Source of the DNA: Octopus vulgaris
Lineage: Eukaryota
Length of the DNA stretch: 64,000 nucleotides
Direction of reading: 5' to 3'
Assembly: GCA_951406725.2 (NCBI GenBank)
Contig: OX597814.1
Span: 61,380,001-61,444,000 of the forward strand
Part shown: piece by piece, positions 11,280-26,115 of the stretch
Layout of the letters: every line of letters begins with the position of its first letter
How positions within the stretch are numbered: position 1 is the first letter of the stretch
Made by a program: the position numbers and the translations under genes
The notes under the pieces: generated by a model
Told to the model about the DNA's origin: nothing
Database searches by the model: none
The model's input: the letters and a program-made list of their open reading frames with translations, nothing else

Positions 11280-12448
11280 GCATGTCAAGTAGTTAACCCG
11301 GTTTTAACTATTATGTCACTTATGTCCCTTCTGGACGATATAAATGTCCAAACTGTCCAACGAATCCCTGATCACGAGATATGTTATGGTCACCTAAATG
11401 TTGGAAATAAATCTTAAGGGGTTAAGTTCCCCGGAGAAGACAACGGGTAGATAATTAATAACACTAGTTCACCTTCGTCGGGACACTTTGACATAGCTGA
11501 AACAAAGTAAGTCCGGAAACGGATATACTTATAAATAATGGGAAATATTAAAGAGAAAAAAAAAGGTGGGTTAGAGGTATAAGATAAAGCGAGAACGTGA
11601 TATTCAAGTAAAGAAAGAAACGGGTAGGAGAGTAATTGTGGGACGAATGTAACGTAGGCTATGACGTCATGGCCGTCCCATCATGCTACAGTAGACAGAG
11701 AAGATACAATGGCTGCTGCAGACGTCTTGCCTCTTAGCACACATTGTCAATGGATCATTATGCTATCCGGACGATGTGATTGATCATCTGCGACTGTTTG
11801 TTTCTAGAGCGAAAGGGCCTATCTTCTGGTCAACTGACAACCATCTTAACTCGCCGATTTGCCTGTTTCTGTTGTAGAAAGGGCGGCCTGTTGTTTGAGT
11901 CGAGTTGGGAAGTCAAAATTTATGATAAGCTAGAAAATTAAGGTAGCCATGATCTAAGCGAGACATTGCGCTACTACCAACACGCAGCGGCTCTCGATAT
12001 ATATATATATAATATCTACTTTAAATCTCTTTACTGCGTCGTTTTCTCTTTCTTCCCTACTATATTTATCTATTCTATATAATTAAGTAAATTTACGTCA
12101 AATTTTATTTCATAAGTTTTGTTTTTTGTTTTTTTTTTGAAGCAAAAAAAAATCATCTTTGGATCAATTACCTGATTTATTCGCTTGAAAAAATCGAAAG
12201 ATTGGAGCTAAGAAACGACAGGGAGATTATAATATTTTAAGATATATATTTCTAAATATATATCGAGAAAGAATTTGATCATTGTTTATTTTTTTTTCTG
12301 TCTACCCTTTCTACTTATTTCTTAAGTTGGAAAGGAATCGTGATAAAGAGTTTGTGGGAGAGGCAAAAATTTCTGAGTAGTAATTACTAATAATAACAAC
12401 AACAATAAGTCTTCAAATAATCACTCAGTGAATACACCATCTGAAGCC
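11280..12448 (+). promoter_or_regulatory. Putative Khc promoter / 5' UTR region
   Basis: Repeat-poor, locally CpG-retaining stretch directly upstream of the ATG; TSS cannot be placed from sequence alone. Confidence 0.55.
11661..11670. promoter_or_regulatory. Consensus CRE (CREB/ATF) palindrome
   Basis: ATGACGTCAT, perfect 10-bp palindrome containing TGACGTCA, ~790 bp upstream of the Khc ATG. Confidence 0.55.
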
Positions 12449-12574
12449 ATGGATGCGTCGTCGGAGTGCAACATTAAAGTCATATGCCGTGTCCGACCCC
12501 TCAACGATGCCGAGGAAAGGGCTGGCAGTAAATTCATCCTCAAGTTCCCCACTGATGATTCTATTTCTATCGCC
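12449..12574 (+). CDS. Khc: Kinesin-1 heavy chain exon 1 (aa 1-42)
   Basis: GCCATGG start context; MDASSECNIKVICRVRPLNDAEERAGSKFILKFPTDDSISIA with kinesin RxRP motif; donor GTAAGT at 12575; phase 0. Confidence 0.97.
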
Positions 12575-12599
12575 GTAAGTAGCAATTTTCTTTAACATT

Positions 12600-12713
12600 G
12601 AATCCCATATATATATATCTATAATATATAGATATATATATAAAATCGTAGCCATTACTTCTGCGGTATTAAGCAGCATTATTATATACACATTAGAGCT
12701 ATGTGATTTGAGT

Positions 12714-12752
<39 letters not shown>

Positions 12753-13380
12753 ACATATATATATACATATATATGTGTGTGTGTGTATGTCAGTATTTGG
12801 TCATATATGCCTATGAATACGTGAAGAATGCGTACATATGGCATATTCGAATGTATGCTTATGATGTTTGTGTACAGTGTGTGTGCGTGTGTTGGAATGT
12901 ATATAGAGATGTGGATGTGTGTGTATATATATATATATAACGTAAATCTATATATATACACGCACATAAATCTGACTACATCAATCTGTATATATATATA
13001 TATGTGTGTGTATAATGTTGACATGTCTGTTTATACATATATGTGTGCGTACATATGTAGATAGAAATCTGTGGTATGTGTACATACATATGCGTGCATA
13101 AATCGATATATATATACATAAATCTATTCATATATATGTATATAATATATACATGTACACGTTTATATATATCGATATATATATATATATATATACACAT
13201 ACATACATACATACATATATATCCGCATATATGTGTGTATATGTGTATGCATAAATGTATATGTACATGGATGTATATGTATATACACGTGTATATATCT
13301 ATACAGTTGTGTGTATATATATTTGCATATACATGTACATATATGTGTGTGTGTGTACACATATTTATATATTTCATCTT
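12600..13380. repeat. (TA)n/(TG)n/(TATG)n low-complexity tract
   Basis: Directly visible; source of spurious YI/CV-rich ORFs. Confidence 0.95.
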
Positions 13381-13572
13381 TGAAATACTATTTATATGTC
13401 ACCTGGATTTTTTTTGTTTGTAGAAGAGAAAAGGTATAGAAAAAAAATAGGGGAATTTTATTTCTTATAAGAAATTCGAGTATTTTTATTCTCACGATTG
13501 CTTAGAATTTTGTTGGGTGCCTTCTTAACATAATTTATTCCATTAATCTTGTGTTATCGTCTGCCTGGTGTG

Positions 13573-13674
<102 letters not shown>

Positions 13675-14298
13675 TTAGTTTGAATAATCGCTACTTAAGA
13701 CTAATAAAATAAAATGGTCTTGTGTACTTAGTACATACTTCTCCATTTGTAAACAAAATCATTGAGATATGTGTGAATTAATATATGTATGGTGCATTAT
13801 GCGTATGTGTGTGTAAATGGATAGATGTATTATGCGTGGTCGTATGATATTTTGTGAACTCTCAATTCTAGATCTTTCTCTTTGCCCACTTTGTTTATCC
13901 ATTGCTTTATCGAAATATTCCTTTCATACATTCCTCTGAATCAACCTGTTACTTCCCTCCACACCCTCTTTTCGGTCGTTGCAGCGGCATCCACCCAGTC
14001 AAGGCGTATTGCATTTTGAGGTGGATGATGTCTACAACACAGCTAGATAGAGCTTGCTACTTTGGCAATTTCGATTTTTTAGGAGTGTGTTGGGAGTGAG
14101 GTGCGCTTTGTTAATTTGGACATTCATTCATTAAAAGTACTACAGTAAACGGTAAATGAATGGCAGGAAAGACGTATTTAATATATGTATACCTTTACCT
14201 TCGTTTATGACATGATTTTATTTACTAGTACCTCATATTTTATTATGTTATTACTATAGACAGGAATATGAAACACATTTCTTATTTTTCTTTACACT

Positions 14299-14387
<89 letters not shown>

Positions 14388-15289
14388 CATGAGTGTATTA
14401 TATAAAAGCCAGTAATATCTCCTCAGCGCTCTTTAGTTTACAGGAGAAAAAATATGCTAGATTTTATCGATTTTTGCCTTCAGCAAAAACTTCGATGCAT
14501 TTGCTATAGACTTCTACTGCCAAGCTTCATCATAATTTTTTTCCCCTTCATATATAAATATACTGCAGACTGTTGCTTTAACGGTTTCTACTGTAAGATG
14601 GAGACGATCTCTTCCATCGACTACTCGTTTGTTAACCTCTCCACTCGCTAGCTACTAAGCTTACAAATTCAACTGTACTACTATTCTATATCTACCATAC
14701 TACCTACCATGCATCTATTCTATGTAGCTAATTAGTATGAATGTCACCAGACATTGCTGCTGTTGCGGCTACTACTACTACTGCTGTAATTAAGTTTATT
14801 TTGCTGCTGCTGATCTATGTTCATCCTTGTTCACATCATTTATCTAAGAGAGGGAGTAAAAAAGAAAAAGAAATCAGTTTTCAGATTCCATTGTGTACTG
14901 ACGTTCTTTCTTATAAATTCTATGACCATTAAATAACTGTTGCTCATCCATTTTCTCCCTGGTAAATGAATGTTTAAAAAGACTGGAGCTATCTGAATGG
15001 AATGCTATATCGACCCCTCCCTACGAACTAGGTTACGTCATATATCTGACGCTTGATCTGAAGTATTTCTGCTTTAAATATGGACATTATAGTATATATA
15101 CTACTTAGTGTTAACATGGAAAATATGCCTTATGCAATTATCAATTTGTATCGGTAATAATTTAACTCATTGTTAGTCGTTTTTATGCGAGTTAACGCGT
15201 TCAACATTTTATGTTAAGAAGGTACGGGTACTTTAGATAATATCACTAACGATAATATTTATCATCAATATTATAATTATTTAAGACTG

Positions 15290-15480
15290 TGGATTGGCAG
15301 AATCGTTAAAGCAGGATAAAATGCTTTGTATTGTTTGTCTCGACACTACGCTCTAAGTTCAAATCCTGTCGAGGTCAACTTCCCCTTTCAGTAAAGTACC
15401 AGTGGTGTACTAGGGTCGATTTGATCATCTAAGCGCCTCCTCCCCACAAATCTGGCCTTGTGCCTATGTTAGAAATGATA
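15290..15480 (+). mobile_element. SINE family A copy
   Basis: TGGCAGAATCGTTA, GTTCAAATCC, GTACCAG, GGCCTTGTGCCTA. Confidence 0.7.
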
Positions 15481-18400
15481 ATTATTTATTAATTTCCATT
15501 CGTCAAAGTACAAGTTCAATTTTCATTAGTGGTGGAGATATAAATGAGTGCATCGATTTCAGTAAAGTGACTCGATCTATTACTCAGAACAATTTGTTGA
15601 CCTCTGAACAATGAAAGACAAAGCAAGGCTGAAAATAATAATGAAACGAGATCTTTGGGAGGTCTGCTTCTCTCAACAACAATTATAATGATGAATTCTT
15701 ATTGGCAAGACGACGCTTATATTTTTAGGGAGAGAAAACAAGTGAACGTGGCATTTATGCTTTTCCCAGGAGCATTAGCATCGTTAAAGCAATGTTTTCA
15801 ACTGGGAATTAAAACCCAGTTTTAGTTGTTGTTTAGCTCCAGATCAACCCTAATCAAGAAGACCTGTTATTATGAAAGGCATTCCGCCGTGTGCTCTTTT
15901 TAAAGAGGATAGGACGTCGTTTCAGGGAAATTTGACTGCTATCTCTAGCGTGTTGAATAACCACATAGAGGCTTCTAGTAAATTGCCTTCGTCGAAAATG
16001 CACTGTTGTGACACATTGTCCAAAATGATTTTATACAAGATGGGAGGAGAAAGTGGAAGATATGACAGTTCATGTGTTTTCAATTATATTTACTCTTTAA
16101 TGTTTATATTGAAATTATACTAGGCACATTTTTAATCGGACTAGTAAATAACTTGCATTTATATAATCGTGCTCAGCTACCCGCACGGTAGCTGCCATGT
16201 TCCGCATTATCATGAAAGCCGGAATCTTTTGGGACAGCATAATATCAAATTGATAATTATAATAAAATTATTTCTGACATGAGGGACAGATATTGATGAT
16301 TGTAATCAGATCATATATCAGATTTAGGACTATGTTGATACCTCTCTGAATTTTGTACTTTATTTTTGTAACAATAATATTACTCGAATCTTTGGAATAG
16401 CTAAATCCACTCTACTGCTACATTTTTTTTTAGTCGTAGCTATCTTAAAAGTCAAGAGCTGCTAGTCGGAGAAGCATTATTCAAAGATATAACAATACAG
16501 ACATGCGCAATTCATGGAGACAACCTAATTTTTCTGTTAAACACCAATAGTTTATTTTTGACTATGCCTTCCGTTCATTTGTTTGATTACGCTATTGTAA
16601 TCATGTTAAAAGTCGATCTTGCACTGTCTCTGCAGTAATAATCATCCATAGACGTAGCTACAAGTGTTCTAATAGACAGTAGATGAGATCAGCTTTCAGA
16701 AAGAAAGAAAGAAAAAAGGAATTCAACTCCAACTATGACTGCTGAAATTTATTGATCTCTTTTCCCCTTCCTCTAACAGTTATTATTATTTTTATTATTT
16801 TCAAGTAGTATTTATGTATCGGGCTTGTTGCCAGCCTTCTATGGTTAGATTTTGCGACTTAATAATATTACCATTCATACTGCTGTTTTGTTTCAATAGT
16901 TGAGTAATTATCATGTCTGAGTCATAACATTTTTTTTATCACATTGAATATTTTTATATTAGAAAATACGGTTTAATAACCGAGGTCTGTGAGTTTTTAG
17001 TTAAAAGATAATTAAAAATTAAATTAGTTTTAAGGAAATGTTCTTATACATTACCTTATTTAGTTATTTAGTTGTATACGCAAATAAGAGAACCTTGAAC
17101 AAAAATGTTCACTTATTTTTGTGTATTATACTTACTTTAAACTAACAGCCTTTGCAATGAGATTTTCTTTCAAATTTGTTAATGCAATAATTTATCATGC
17201 ACTAATTTATTGTTACTGAATTTGTTTCTACACTGTAATTCCATTTTAATTATTTAGTCGGAAAATTCAGGGTATAGGTGATGAAATTTTCTCGAATTTC
17301 TTTCGTTAAGTAGTTGTCAATAGAGAAATTGTCGTTAAATGTACCATGGAAATATATAGCTCTATCGCTAATATTTATTTTAATAATGATGAACTTAGTG
17401 ATGCTGATCTGGAAGTAGTTGGACGTAAATATATGTGGCAGCCATTTTAAAGTTACCAGTCGATCATAGAACATTCTCTGATCGATGTGTTTTCAGTTTA
17501 ATTTCAGAATTCGTGCATAATAAACAAATCTTTCTTTTTAATAACCAAAAGCTATTGGAAAATGTTTTGGTACCCTCAAATCAGATTTCTGGAACAGTGA
17601 TACTAACGTTGATATATTTATTTTACTTGGAAATTTTCCCCTTTAAATTTCATTAAAACTAGTTAATTGATTTTCGTTTTTTTCTTTTTGTCTACCAATA
17701 TATCGTTTAATGTCCTTTTCCATAAGTAAAATGACTGAATAGACTTAACGTAGTGCTTCCGAATCAATTTCGAGCAGACTCATAATTGAGGGCATTCTAG
17801 ATTTGTGACCGTCTCATCATTATTTCTCTCATAAGCCTTATAAGGACTATATTATTCAATTTGTTCCCCCGAATAGGGTGCGATTCGAGGGAGATTTACC
17901 TTCCACTACGTTAAGCGAACACAGTGGGTTAATAGGGATTTCTAACCTGAGCACAGGCCTACAGGTTTTTTTGTGAATGGGATTTAGTCGGTTATATCAA
18001 TTCCAGCCTTTGTCATTTTCTCAACCTCAATGGGATTTGAACTCAGAACGTAAAGTGATGCAAATATATAATCCGTAAAATATAGATGATATATGTACAG
18101 ATCTTCTTTATAACCATAGCGTTAATATTTGTTAAAAGGTCTAGGCATCATACATATTAAAACACGAACACAAAACATTATTTGATGTTTGAGTATAACG
18201 TGCCGTTTTCGCAAATTTAAGCTGTTAATCAATCAGCTTGTCTGGCGACTGCATAAGATTTTGTCTAAAACTGTATTGTGGTCAGCTTCTTTGTCATGGT
18301 AGTGTTTGTGTGGTGGTGGTGGGGGGAATGACACTTGGGATCCTTTAGGTGAGATGAAATGAGTTCAAATAAGAGTAATTTGCCACCTTTTTTTTTTTTT

Positions 18401-19424
18401 TTTTTAAGTAAAACAAAACAAATTATTTACACAATCTGAAGCCTTATTTTCCATTTCGCAAACTAACTTAGCTTCATCGACAGTATTGCAGATGTAAGAT
18501 ATATTGCAATAAATATTTTAAACAAATGAAAGAAAATTAGGGTCATCTATCAACCATGATATTTACAGGAAATCGAAGTAATTTTACATCAAGGAAAAGG
18601 AAATCCACGAAGTAAATTATTTCTGAACATTACTTCCGAATAACAAAATTACGACTACCAACATTTTAATGTTTCACTCAAATTCTTTCAAGTAATTGTT
18701 GAAAATTTGTCTAGATGCACCATTCTCCTTCATTTTTTTTTTTTTTGCATGGTACCAAAAGGACTCATTACTTTTTGTTTGTGCATGACAGTAAAATTAA
18801 CAAACTTTTTACTGTGGTTCTCAATAATATGATCAATTCCTTTCCAATATGTAACTGTTTTTGTCTTGTCCATTTTCAGTTTTCACTGAAACATTATCTC
18901 TACTCTAAAAATATATCTCATTAAGCAATTACTTTACTAATAGTGGCTTTTACAGGCAGACAAAAAAAATTAGTGAAACCATTTTATAACATTGCCAACA
19001 ATTTTTATTCACAACCTGGGCACATTTTGTTAATTTGCAATTATCTTGACATTTTTCCCCTATGATCCCTTTTGTGGCAAATTACACCTCTGTGCAGAAT
19101 TTTGGGTGTCTTTTAACAAAATGCACCAGTCAGTAATGTACGATGTATAAATAAGGTCTGAACTTTAATACAAAATTGTCTTGCTGGCAGTCAAGTTATT
19201 CATTACAATTGTGTAAAAACAAGGTTAAGTTTTCCAGGAGAATTTGCCTATATATGATGAACAGGTACATGTAGTAGTAAATAGATACAACAACGACCAG
19301 CAAAAATAATTGAAAACTAGTGTCCCTTGAGAAATTGAAAGCTAAATTGGAAAATTACCCAGGTGAAAGTGGAAACGTATGTTGCACTGCAACATTACCT
19401 TCATTTATATATCATCTTAAGTGA

Positions 19425-19710
19425 AGGCACATGGCTACATGGTTAAGGTATTTAGCTCATGATCGTAAGGTCATGAGTTCTATTCTTGGTGGTGCATTGT
19501 GTCCTTGCGCAAGATACCTTCATGTTACTCCAGTCCACTCAGCTGGTCAAAATGAGTTGTCCCTTGTCCTCATGCTGAATCTCCCTGAGAACTACATGAA
19601 GGGTGTGCATGTCTGTGGAGTGCTCAGTCACTTGCATGTTCATTTCATGAGCAGGCTGTTCTATTGATCAGATAAACTGGAACCCTTGTTGTCATAATCA
19701 GCAGTGCTAG
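19425..19710 (+). mobile_element. SINE family C copy
   Basis: tRNA-like head TGGCTACATGGTTA..GAGTTCTATTC; reverse complement of 860-1165. Confidence 0.7.
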
Positions 19711-21618
19711 TTATATCATCTTAAACAAGAGCAACAAAAGTTTTAGCAATTGGATTCTACTTCACCCTCCCATTTTAACACTAACCACAGCAAAATTTTA
19801 AAATACCTCCTTTTATAAACAAGTTGGCTGTGATGCCAACCTACCACAGCCATGAAACAACAATGTTCGGAAAAATGAAACTGGTGTGTTATACTATAAG
19901 AAATCATTTACATTCATGCGCTTGGCCTTCTTGAGTTATTTCTCTTAGCTCATTCTATTTTCTTTTTAATTATGCAAAAACAGATATTGCTAGGGATTAT
20001 TTACATTCTGTGTGGACCTCTTTCTAAACTGAATACATAAAATTCGTTAGCATGGAGAAACAACAAAACATTGCAAAACAGTTAAGAGGTATAGAAATGT
20101 TCTTTAAATCTGAGTCAGTCCTGATCAAGTAAACATATGATCAAAGATGTTCCCGACATGACCATCTGATTTTGATGCATAATGTATCTAGGACTACATT
20201 GTCCAATGTTTCCATTTTTCAAGGCAGTAGGGTGTGATTTGAAGAAGTTTAGTTTGTAATTATATAGTCAATCTTTTTGACTGCATGGCAGACTGGAGAT
20301 CAAATAAAAAGTTACTTGTGCACTTCACAAAAATAGCTTTAAAAAACTGTTTAGAAAATAATGTAGAAAACTATTGTGTAAGACACTCAAATCATGTAAA
20401 TATTTTAAAGTCTTAAGTTATGTGTTTAAAAATTTATGGCATCTTTACCCCTTGAAGCACATCAGTGTGCTGTTGCACCTAGGTTCACTCCTGTTCACCA
20501 TCTGTGTACCACTGTCACAGAAGCAATATTGTTCCTTGAAGATAAGGTGGCAAGCTGGCAAAATTGTTACTGCACCAAAAAAATGTTTAGCAGCATTTCT
20601 TCCGACTTTGCTTTGCCTTTCATCCTTTCAGGGTAGATAAAATAAGTACCAATTGAGCATTTATATGCTGGCAGTATTACATCCTTGCTACTGTCTGACC
20701 TTTCCTGAAAACTGCTGGCCTTGTGCCAAAATTTGAAACCAATATTCCTTGAAGATACATTGATTTGATGTCTTGGGTATCACAAGAAAAGAACTCTAGC
20801 AAAGACTTTATAATAATGACAATGGCAGTAGAAAAACTGTTAGAGCTTATATTTTTGATTAATTAGATAATAGGTTACTTAGCATCCATTTATGTATATT
20901 TGTATTTAGGCATGAAAGATTATTGCATTAAATCTGATTAAAATGTACTTTCCCTCTCATCTTATTTGTATTTTCTTTTTGACTTTATGCCGTTACTGCA
21001 TAGATATGAAGTAAAAAATAAATAAAAACATTGCTACTACATTTAAGCATGAAAATTTCTTTTCAAAAGTGTGTATGTGTGTGTGTGCATATGTTTTTCT
21101 GTCTCTCTCTCTCTGTATGAAATCGATGATTCACACTTTAAATTATTCAGTTCAAGCAATTTTCCTACTGAAGTTGAAGCTATTTAATATATAATGTATA
21201 CACACTGTATTTACTCATACAATGTAATCTCAGATGTAATGTGACTACTACCTTTTGTACCTAGAAGAAAATGATGTATATTTTAGCCCACCCCCTTTTT
21301 TACACTCATATAATTCTCCCACCAATTTTGATCCTGATATTTTGTATTAAGTTTGCCAAATTATTCACAAGTAATATCTTAAACAAGAATGTTGTTGACA
21401 GTGACTTCGAAGTTTTTACCAGCTAAACCATGCATATGTACACACACACAATTTATTGATGTGTGTTAGCTCCAGCTTGATCAATATAATTACAATTATA
21501 TGGACATAGTTTCAATTCTCAAGTTTTCTGCTTAATGGACATAATTATTATTAATAATAGTTATGTAGATCGTGGCAGAACACCTAACTGAATTACCTTG
21601 AAATATTTAGTTATTTTA

Positions 21619-21815
21619 AGGCGGTGAACTGGCAGTACCATTAGCATATCCAGGCAAAATGCTTTGTGGCATTTTGTCCATCTTTTATGTTCTGAGTTCA
21701 AATTCTGCCATTGTCAATGTTTCTTTTCATCCTTACAGTGTCAATAAAATAAGTACTAGTTGAGCACTGGGGTTGATGTAATCAACATACCTCTTCCCCT
21801 GAAATTGCTGGCCCT
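21619..21815 (+). mobile_element. SINE family A copy
   Basis: AGGCGGTGAACTGGCAG head, GAGTTCAAATTC B-box, central domain. Confidence 0.8.
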
Positions 21816-24501
21816 ATAAAGTTATCTCCATTTACATTCCAAATCCTGCTGTGGGAAGGTTATATTAGTATTCTTCTGTCCTAATTCAGTATGTAACATT
21901 CATTTGATTAAATCAGATCTATTACTCCCAAAATATGCAATTTTGTGCCAATGTTAGAAATAGTATTATCATGTGTAGGATGTAAAAATTATCCTGCTTT
22001 ACCTTGAGCTCTCAAATCTATAATGGAATTATAGGGGTGCCTTTATGACACAGTGTCTTTGATTTTTTAGATTTAGTGGAGCTCAGATTTAACAACTGCC
22101 AGTTTTGTTCTGAAGAGTAAGGAACAAAGAAAAAAGTGAGATAAAAGGTGACTCAGCCCTCAATGCATGACTGATATTTTATTAACTCTGTAAGAATGAA
22201 ATGTTAGGTTGACCTTGGTATGGTTTCAGCTCAGAATGTAGAGGGTTGGAACAATTATCACAGAGCAATCTATCCAATACTCAGACAACTCTGCATATTG
22301 GCTGCTTCTTTGTAAAAGTTGATAACATTGAACAGAGTGCATTGTGTTCTGTGTTCAAAATTTTGTCACAATTAAGTTTTTGCCTTTCATTCTTCTTGAG
22401 TTATTAATATTTTCAAATTACTTGAAAGTTCTTCCCTACTATTCCATATACAAATTTATGGCACTTCGTCAGTGTTAGAATTTGCTGTTATTTTACCTTC
22501 AGTTTGTATCCACACAACTACAATCTTGAATCAAGCATGGGAACCTGACCTCTAAAATATCGTTGGACTTCTTTGATTTGTTAGACAGTTGGTGGACAAT
22601 GATTTTTGCATTTTTTTTAGAGTTGATAGTGAGCATGATGTTAACAATTATATATTGTGCAGACTCTTTTGGAGGGCATAAGAATAACTTCCAGAATTGG
22701 CAATACTGCAGAAAGGCACTACAAGATAACAGGTGTTAGAACAACAAAGCTTGTCTGAAATAATTTGGCCTGATGAAACTGTTCTATATACATGCTTGTT
22801 GAGCGCCCACGACTTAGCAGCTGCCTACAAGTTTATGTCAAATAGTTATTGCATTGTGTGGGAAGAATCAAGTTGTCCAGCAGGTCCATCCTAAGGATTG
22901 TTTCTTCACCTTGCTTTTATAAGATATATTAACAGTTTTTTTGTCTTGTAGTTGTAGCAAAAGAAGAAGTGTGACAAATCAGTTTTTTCCCATTTGAAAC
23001 AAAACCTCATTGTCTTCCAGTGTCACTTCAAGTGTAAAGAGAAGGAGGAGAAAAAATTCTGACCTCAAATAAATCTTATGATAGGTTGGTAATAATGGTG
23101 GGTTTAATTGAAGCTGAATGTCTCAGCTTGGGTTTCATTTGCAAACTTGCAGCCCTAACCTTTGTGTTGAGAGCAGTTATGTTTAGTTGGGTTTCCTGAT
23201 GTTTCCCTATGTGATTGTCATCTTTTTGGGAGGTTATGTACCTTTTATTTGAAATAGTTATGTAATGTGATATGTATTTCACTGTCTCCCCCCCCCCCCC
23301 ATCATCCCCTTCTGTTTTTATGATTTTGTCAAGTGAGTGAACTCATTAGTTATGGAAGTGGGAGTTCACCTGGTCAGAAACATTCACCTTTATATTTCAA
23401 GTAAAAACCAACCTAACTGGTTTTAATTTACAAGTCAAAATTTTCTAACAAGTTTGGCTGGATAATAAGATATGTTGTGTGTATGCACACTTTTTGAAAG
23501 CATTGTTTCTTTTATTTTTGCTCATAGATTACCAGAACATTTTTGTTGTAAACAAAAAGATTTTTACTGAACTACCTTAATATGTACTATCTTTTGGCTA
23601 ATTTAGTTTGTATCACCATCAGTTTTTGTACATTTTCTTTATATGCTGGCAGTATTACATCCTTGCTACTGTCTGACCTTTCCTATATGTTTACATAAAA
23701 TGTACAATTTATTGTGCTGCTATTCTTAGCAAGCAAGTTCAACCCCATATCTTTAAGATGTCTTAGTCATTATTATCATTATTTTGCTGTTAAATAATGT
23801 AGTTTTCTTATATTTGATTTCATTCAGTAGTGTTGGAGAACAACAAAAAAAAAAGAGAGAGAGAGAGAGAGAAATAGCTTTTGAATACAACCAGTTGCCT
23901 TTGTGTATTTGTCTTGTTTCTTATAGGATTCTTAATTGCCCAACTTCCAGAATTCACTGATTGACTTTTTTTACTGCAATACAGAGATAAATTATATCTG
24001 ATATCATCTTGGTTACAGAGTACACATCTAGTATTTTGTTCCCTTACTCTGCCTAACCCCTTTACAGGAAAATAACTTACCTGATATCTACCAAATGTTT
24101 CTATATCTATTTATAAACACAGCTTCTGTATGAGATACAGGAGTGGACAAGCATTCATTTGCCAAGGCTCCACATTTAGTATTCTGCAAAGGAATTTAAT
24201 ATGGAATATCATGCAGACAATTTAAAAGCTCACTGGTGGGGTGGGGGTTAGTGTATTGTGGTAATGAAATGAAATAATGTTCTCTTTTCCTAAGAATTTT
24301 CTAATTGATTAGCATTCACTTACACCATTTGAAAAGAAATTGCTCTGCAGTTGTTTATTTCATGGAGTAACTGATGCATTATATAAAAGTCATGGTGGTG
24401 ATCGAAATTGTCCAAAAATTTTGTCTGCTACATGTAAAGAATACTTTGTTCATTGAAATTCTTATTGCTAGAGCATTTTTATTTTATTATTCATTTATTT
24501 G

Positions 24502-24729
24502 AATGTGGTGAGCTGGCAGAATCGTTAGCATGCTGGACAAAATGCTTAATGACATTTCTTCTGGTTCTTTACCTTCTGGATTAAAATTCCACAGAGGGCG
24601 ACTTTGTGTTTTATCCTTTCAGAATCCATAAAATGAGTACCAGTTGAGCACTGGTACCAATGTAATGAACCATCACCACCACCAGAAAAAAAAAAAAAAA
24701 TTACTGCCGTAGCACTAAAATTAAAAAGC
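24502..24729 (+). mobile_element. SINE family A copy with 16-bp TSD
   Basis: ATTATTCATTTATTTG at 24486-24501 and 24730-24745. Confidence 0.8.
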
Positions 24730-25071
24730 ATTATTCATTTATTTGTAAAAGTGAAATGAGTATAAATCAGGCTCACTGACATTTGTATGGAAATAGAAAT
24801 ACAGTTATTTCAGTATTTAATTAAAAATCAAAGGTCCCTTGAAACATGTTAAGATTAATGTTGAGGTGTGTCTACATAAATGTGAATGCTGCATTTGTTC
24901 ACTTGTGTCTGTGCACGTGTGTGTGATCTAAAAATTAAGTTGCAGTTTTTTTTTATGATTATTTTTGTATATTAAAATTACTGAAAGCAACGCTCATAAA
25001 CCACTTCACAGCAAAGCATTGAAGAAAAGGAGTGAATGGCATTAATAGCACAAAAGCTCTATGTGTGTGTG

Positions 25072-25146
<75 letters not shown>

Positions 25147-25769
25147 GATGGCAATAAAATTATTGACAAAAAAAATTGAATAAAATATCATGAGAAAGTA
25201 ATAAATGAATTATAATGAAATGAAATGCAGTAAATGAGATGACAACAAAGAAGCTAAAACACATGAGATATTAATAAAAGAAGAAATATATATATTAAAA
25301 TGAAGAGAGCCTGCCAACATTAAGTAAGGTACTTGTTAACCTTGAATTTAAAAGATGGTCATAGTTAGCAGGAGAACAATACATATCATTCCTCTATTTA
25401 GCTATGCTTTGTGCATGGAACTTGTCCACGATATATCTAGGAAGCACAGATGCTTTCCCTAAATTTGGCAAACTGAGTTTTGGTGGAAAATTTTCAGACT
25501 GCTGCAATAGTACAGTAAAAATTATACATTATCTACAATAGACTGTTTCCCAAAGCCCAGTGGATAAATAGTTGTCGTTTGCTCATTGATCAATATAGTA
25601 AGATATTGATTAGTTCATAAGACTAGTCTTTCAGCTGAAATGTCATGTGAAATGTAAAATAAGGTTATATGTATATATCGAAATATCTGCGTTCACACTT
25701 GCTGTTGTATATGCATGTTTATATTTGTATGTATATGTAATTATATACATGTCTATTAACTTATCTAAA

Positions 25770-25776
25770 TGCGTGT

Positions 25777-25809
<33 letters not shown>

Positions 25810-25854
25810 TATACAAATATATGTATTTACAAATTTATTTAAATATTTATATAA

Positions 25855-25910
<56 letters not shown>

Positions 25911-25970
25911 CGCACGTGTATATATGTGTATAAATATGCATGTATATGTGTACATATATGCGTGTATATA

Positions 25971-26020
<50 letters not shown>

Positions 26021-26115
26021 TATATATATATGTCTATATATATGTATATATACATGGATATGTATATATATATATAGATATTTGTGTGTGTATGCATGTA
26101 TTTGTGCGTATGTGT
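25770..26115. repeat. (CA)n/(TA)n/(TG)n low-complexity tract
   Basis: Directly visible. Confidence 0.95.

Noticed and set aside
12425-13439. Overlapping YI/CV/HT-rich ORFs (also 25647-26187, 24959-25144, 7349-7612)
   Set aside because: Translations of microsatellites; the 199-aa minus ORF is merely antisense to Khc exon 1 plus (TA)n
24040-24135. Possible 60-nt in-frame cassette exon in intron 1
   Set aside because: Good acceptor but weak donor (TCT|GTATGA), and the peptide would disrupt the motor core
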